Assembly (NCBI GenBank): GCA_037142615.1
Contig: JBAXAI010000031.1
Span: forward strand, 1-43,538
Source of the DNA: Spirochaetales bacterium
GTDB lineage: Bacteria > Spirochaetota > Spirochaetia > JABEVK01
DNA length: 43,538 bases
Direction: 5' to 3'
A program made the position numbers and the translations under genes. The notes below the pieces were generated by a model. The model saw only the letters and a program-made list of their open reading frames with translations, had not been told where the DNA came from and searched no databases. Below are positions 39,542 through 43,538 of this stretch, piece after piece. Within the stretch, counting starts at the first letter, position 1. Each line of letters opens with the position of its first letter.

Positions 39542-40261
39542 TCAGCGCAACCGGGCGTCGACACCAAGCTGAACCAGCGTCGACACGACCTCGGCCAGCT
39601 CGGCCTCGGTGGGGGCACGGGTGTTCACCATCGACACCTCAAGAACCGCCCCGGGCCGGTAAGCCTGCACCCACAGGGGAAGGTTCGCCGCCAGCCCCTG
39701 CAGCGCCGAGGCATACTCGGGCAGATCTTGGGCGCGGTTAAGGCCGGGAACCCACGTGAGGCGCACTTCGCTGCGGCCGGGCCAGCGCTCGGCCAGCAAC
39801 TTCAGCGAATCGGTCAGCAAGTTCGCCGCCACGGGAAGGCCCGCCGAGGCCGCGTACCGAGTGGGGGCGTTTTTCAAGTCCATCGCGACGTAGTCCACCA
39901 AACCCGGATCCAGCCTCTCCAATCGCCGGGGGAGCGTGCCATTCGTGTCGAGCTTGATCTGGTAGCCCAAAGCCCGGACCTCAGCAAGCAGCGCCTCGGT
40001 ACCCGGATGAAACAGCGGCTCGCCACCGGTAATCACCACGCCCCCCAAAACGTTGCGGCGCTTGGCCAGAAAACTCAGCAGGTCGTCGCGGGGCAACAGG
40101 TCGTCTGCCCAGGGAGCGTGCACCAGCCCGGGGTTCTGGCACCAAGGGCAGCGCAGGTTGCAGCCGGGCACAAACACCACGGCGGCCACTTGGCCGGGAT
40201 AGTCGAGGAGCGTGGTTTTGACCAGACCGTAGGCGTTGGGGAGCGGTGAATGTTGCGACAC
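39542..40261 (-). CDS. Radical SAM protein, anaerobic ribonucleotide reductase activating (NrdG-like) family
   Basis: TTLLDYPG..FVPGCNLRCPWCQNP, GVVITGGEP, KLDTNG, DYVAMDLK; start GTG 40261 is a best guess. Confidence 0.82.
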   Translation of the reverse strand: MSQHSPLPNAYGLVKTTLLDYPGQVAAVVFVPGCNLRCPWCQNPGLVHAPWADDLLPRDDLLSFLAKRRNVLGGVVITGGEPLFHPGTEALLAEVRALGYQIKLDTNGTLPRRLERLDPGLVDYVAMDLKNAPTRYAASAGLPVAANLLTDSLKLLAERWPGRSEVRLTWVPGLNRAQDLPEYASALQGLAANLPLWVQAYRPGAVLEVSMVNTRAPTEAELAEVVSTLVQLGVDARLR

Positions 40262-40319
40262 CTGACCATCATGGCGTTTTGCTCTACGATGGTCGAGCGC
40301 CCCGACCAAGGAGTTCCCC

Positions 40320-40544
40320 CTGAGCCCAACTCTGCCCGAACTGCAAACCCGCATCGATACGCTCGAAACCCGTGACGCCTACCGCGAGGACACGCTGGCC
40401 CAACTGAGCGAACTGATTTACCGCCAGCAGAAACAAATCGACCGGCTGGAGCATCTGCTCGAAACGTTGGAACAGAAGGTGAAGGGGCTCGCCTCGGGCG
40501 AAAGCTCGCCCCTGCCCGACAACGAACGGCCGCCGCACTACTGA
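40320..40544 (+). CDS. slyX: SlyX family protein, apparent CTG start
   Basis: Manual translation ..RIDTLETRDAYREDTLAQLSELIYRQQKQIDRL..DNERPPHY*; AAGGAG 6 nt before CTG; absent from the ORF track. Confidence 0.85.
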   Translation: MSPTLPELQTRIDTLETRDAYREDTLAQLSELIYRQQKQIDRLEHLLETLEQKVKGLASGESSPLPDNERPPHY

Positions 40545-42034
40545 GGGCTGTCGTGGGGACGAGGCTCGAGAAGCGCCCACAGTTCGCGGCCCTCGACGCG
40601 GTGCAGGCCCGAGCGGACCACATCGACGTCGGGGTCGACCGCGTGGCCGGATTGAGCCGACAGCCACTCGGCGACGCGGGGACGGCAGAACCGGCCCTGG
40701 CACCAGCCCATGCCGGCGCGCGAGCGGCGTTTGAGGGCGTCGATGGTCGTCGAGGGCACACCGCGGGCGTAGGCCTCGGCCAGATCGCGCTCGCGCACCT
40801 GCTCGCAGCGGCACACGACGCGCTCGGGACTTCCGGGCGGCAAGCGGGTCAGCGCTTCGACCTGCGCGAAGGGCAAGGGGGCGTTCCTGCGGCTCAGGTG
40901 GACCGGTAACGCGCTGCGAAGCGGGTCGAAGTCGGGCCGGGGGCGCAGCGCCAAGCCTTCGTCGGCCATGCCTTCCAACAACAGGCGCACGAGAGCCGGC
41001 GAGGAGGTGAGCCCGGGGCTTTGAATGCCCACCGCGCGGTGCCAGCGCGGGTGCGCCCGGAAGTCGGCCGGCCCCACGAGAAAGTCGCCACCGGAAGCCA
41101 TGGCCCGCACGCCAGTGAAGCTGCGGATAGCCTTTTTGAGGTCAAGGCCGCCAACCACTTTGCCCGCCTGTTCGACCAAAGCGCGCAAACGGTCGGCGTG
41201 GGTGTGCCGGGCACCGTCTTCGTTGCGGGCATCGGGGCCGAGCAGCAGGTTGCCCTGGTAGGTGGGGCCCACCAGCACACCTTTGCCCAGCGGACCCGGC
41301 AATTGAAACAACACCGAATTGACGAGCGCTCCGGTGCCGGGAGCGAACACGAGGTACTCGCCCGAGCGGGGCGTGAGCGTCGAATCGGTGATTCCCGCCA
41401 AGGCGTCGAGCTTGCCCCCGGCGAGACCGGCGCAGTTGACCACAAAGCGCGTGTCGTACTGCGAGTCCGACGTCGTGAGCCGCCAGAGACCGTGGAGCAC
41501 CGGTGGCCCAACAGCCACCACCTGCTGGTTGAGGCGCACCTCGACGCCGTTGTGCATCGCGTTTTCCAGCGCCGCCAAAGCGAGGTCCCAGGGGCTGCAC
41601 ACGCCCGCTCCTGCGCACCACAACCCGCCCTGCACTTCGGGGTTCACGTTGGGCTCGTGGGCCAACACCTGCTCACGGGTCCACAATTCCAGGTCGGGCA
41701 CCCCGTTGGCGACTCCCTGCTCGTACAGGGCCTTCAGTCGGGCCGCGCTGTCGGCAAAACCAAGGACCAAGCTGCCAGTGACGCGAAAGCCAAAACCCAG
41801 CTCGGCCTCGAGTTGGGCGAACGACAGCCGACCCGGAAGGCACAGGCGGCCTTTGAGCGTGGCGGAACTTTCGGCAAAGCCACCGTGCACGATGGCCGAG
41901 TTGGCCTTGGTGGCGCCCATCGCGGCGTCGGGCTCACTTTCGAGGACCAGGACCTTCAGGTCGTAACGGGCCAGTTCGCGGGCCGTGAGCGCACCCACCA
42001 CCCCCGCCCCGACCACGATGACGTCATACGCCAC
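40538..42034 (-). CDS. FAD-dependent oxidoreductase (GlpA/LhgO-like) with a C-terminal BFD-like [2Fe-2S] domain
   Basis: YDVIVVGAGVVG, TKANSAIVHGG, GIQSPGLTSSP, VCRCEQV..KRRSRAGMGWCQGRFC. Confidence 0.88.
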   Translation of the reverse strand: MAYDVIVVGAGVVGALTARELARYDLKVLVLESEPDAAMGATKANSAIVHGGFAESSATLKGRLCLPGRLSFAQLEAELGFGFRVTGSLVLGFADSAARLKALYEQGVANGVPDLELWTREQVLAHEPNVNPEVQGGLWCAGAGVCSPWDLALAALENAMHNGVEVRLNQQVVAVGPPVLHGLWRLTTSDSQYDTRFVVNCAGLAGGKLDALAGITDSTLTPRSGEYLVFAPGTGALVNSVLFQLPGPLGKGVLVGPTYQGNLLLGPDARNEDGARHTHADRLRALVEQAGKVVGGLDLKKAIRSFTGVRAMASGGDFLVGPADFRAHPRWHRAVGIQSPGLTSSPALVRLLLEGMADEGLALRPRPDFDPLRSALPVHLSRRNAPLPFAQVEALTRLPPGSPERVVCRCEQVRERDLAEAYARGVPSTTIDALKRRSRAGMGWCQGRFCRPRVAEWLSAQSGHAVDPDVDVVRSGLHRVEGRELWALLEPRPHDSPQ

Positions 42035-42404
42035 GGAACCTCGCGACGGCGCGGGTGGCGACAAGATCGATCCCGCTGTTGGCGAGGTTGACCGCGATCA
42101 CGCGGCCCACCGCGACAGGAGCTTCGATGCGCAGTTCCTTGGCCACGGCGAGGGCCTCGGTCAACAAGCGACGGGGGATGGCCCCGGTGGTCCGCACGCT
42201 CACCAACTCGTCGTCACCGCGCAGCACCCGCACGCTGGTGGTGAGGGTCCGCACGGGGTCTTCGATCTCCTGGACGGCCCACGGGGGGCCTTTTTCGCAG
42301 GTATTTCCCGCCACGTCTACGACTTTTCCGTGGTCATCGAGGGCAATGGCCAGCCGGCAACCCACCGGGCATTGGATGCAGGTAAGGAACTTGGTGCTAG
42401 GCAT
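42024..42404 (-). CDS. DUF1667 family CxxC protein
   Basis: TCIQCPVGC, GNTCEKG, PVRTLTTSV, APVAVG. Confidence 0.85.
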   Translation of the reverse strand: MPSTKFLTCIQCPVGCRLAIALDDHGKVVDVAGNTCEKGPPWAVQEIEDPVRTLTTSVRVLRGDDELVSVRTTGAIPRRLLTEALAVAKELRIEAPVAVGRVIAVNLANSGIDLVATRAVARFRGV

Positions 42405-43538
42405 CGGTGACCACCTCCACGGTGAGCGGCAGAGCGGGATCGAGTTTGGCCGCCACGATTCTCAGGCGTTCCATTTCGCCGGGGGTCAGGGCCGCGCTCT
42501 TGGTCTCGCGCACCACACGGTCGTTTTGCCGCACCACCCAGCGGGCGCGCTCGAAGGGCCGCGAGCACCGCAGGAACAGCGTGAGGTCGCTGCCCGGGCA
42601 CCACAGCGACGGGTTGAGGATGCCCACGTTGGCCCCGCGTTCGATCGGCAAGCGCGGCGGCCGGGGTTGGCCCTTGGCAAAGCGTGCCGCAGATCGGCCC
42701 GCGACGACCCCCTCGTCGGTGACGTAGTCGACCAGATCGTAGATGACGGTGCAGTTGCCGGCGGCGAACACCCAGTCGAGGTCGGTGCCCATAATGGCAT
42801 CGACGACGACGCCCCGGCCACGCGGGTCGATGGCCACGAGGTTCATCACCGGGGTGGTCGACGGCACCAGCCCCACCGAAAGCACCAGCGTGTCGACTGC
42901 GAACGAGCGTTCGCTTCCCTTCACCGGGTTGGCGTTTTCATCGACCTGGGTGGTGACCACTTCTTGCAGGCGGCCGTTGCCGCGCACTTCGGCCACCGTG
43001 GTGCTCAAAAGCAGCGGGATGTTGTAGTCGTCGAGGCACTGCGCGACGTTACGTTCCAGCCCGCCCGGGAAAGGCTGGCGTTCGAGCACGGCTTGCACCT
43101 CGATGCCTTCGAGCGTCAGGCGGCGAGCCATGATCAGGCCGATGTCGCCGCTGCCCAAGATCAGGGCCTTGGTGCCCGGCAGTCGATTGTCGAGGTTGAC
43201 CAAGCGCTGCGCTACTCCAGCTGTAAAAATGCCCGACACCCGGTCGCCGGGGATCAGCAGGCTGCCAAAAGGCCGCTCTCGCGCGCCGGCAGCGTAGACC
43301 AGGGCCTTGCAGGTGACGGTTTCGAGTCCGGTTTCGCCCACGAGCACCAACTGGCGGTTCGCGGCGTTGATGTCGCGCACAAAGCGGCCGGTCAGCAGGG
43401 TGATTCCCGAGGGTACCGCTGGGCCCCCTCTTACGTTGGCGGAAGTCTCGTCCCACAGGCGCGAGGCGTACTCGGGGCCGGTGAGGGCCTCTTTGTAGCG
43501 GTGCAAACCGAACCCGTCGTGGATGCACTGGCCCAAAA
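42397..43538 (-). CDS. FAD-dependent pyridine nucleotide-disulfide oxidoreductase (5' end outside window)
   Basis: QCIHDGFGL, LTGPEYA, GARER, ILGSGDIGLIMARR, NVAQCLDD, DTLVLSVGL. Confidence 0.88.
   Translation of the reverse strand, partial: LGQCIHDGFGLHRYKEALTGPEYASRLWDETSANVRGGPAVPSGITLLTGRFVRDINAANRQLVLVGETGLETVTCKALVYAAGARERPFGSLLIPGDRVSGIFTAGVAQRLVNLDNRLPGTKALILGSGDIGLIMARRLTLEGIEVQAVLERQPFPGGLERNVAQCLDDYNIPLLLSTTVAEVRGNGRLQEVVTTQVDENANPVKGSERSFAVDTLVLSVGLVPSTTPVMNLVAIDPRGRGVVVDAIMGTDLDWVFAAGNCTVIYDLVDYVTDEGVVAGRSAARFAKGQPRPPRLPIERGANVGILNPSLWCPGSDLTLFLRCSRPFERARWVVRQNDRVVRETKSAALTPGEMERLRIVAAKLDPALPLTVEVVTDA

Overview
GC-rich bacterial chromosomal segment, probably from a spirochaete (inferred from FapA/DUF342, the MCP type and the lipoprotein signal peptides). 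The left part (1-23.1 kb) carries an ABC/TetR pair, an exported caspase-family protein, deoD, a cNMP-patatin, a REC-FapA-PAS kinase-FAD oxidoreductase operon, a hybrid kinase coupled to a REC-adenylate cyclase, DUF2239, two divergent MCPs, azlCD and a DUF4015 hydrolase. The right part (34.5-43.5 kb) is housekeeping and redox: glyA, DUF2231-DOMON, ctaB, cysE, an NrdG-like protein, slyX and a FAD/DUF1667 trio. Between them lies an ~11 kb accessory island (23.2-34.5 kb). It holds a frameshifted Rpn nuclease, three copies of a translationally coupled lipoprotein pair (short A + long B with variable adhesin-like tips) converging on an RRE-like/GT-A-fold gene, and a single-repeat lipoprotein. All six paired lipoproteins share the layout Cys - tether - beta strand - R/K motif - conserved beta-sandwich, reminiscent of Bacteroidetes type V pilins. 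This is the best candidate for an undescribed system, but it is an inference from motif reading only. Also notable: a recurrent leaderless-gene signature (TAnnnT 6-7 nt before the start), a CTG-start slyX missing from the ORF track, an internal RBS in the Rpn gene, and TetR- and Rrf2-like operators. No rRNA, tRNA or CRISPR array was seen. No database searches were run; all family calls come from recognising motifs.
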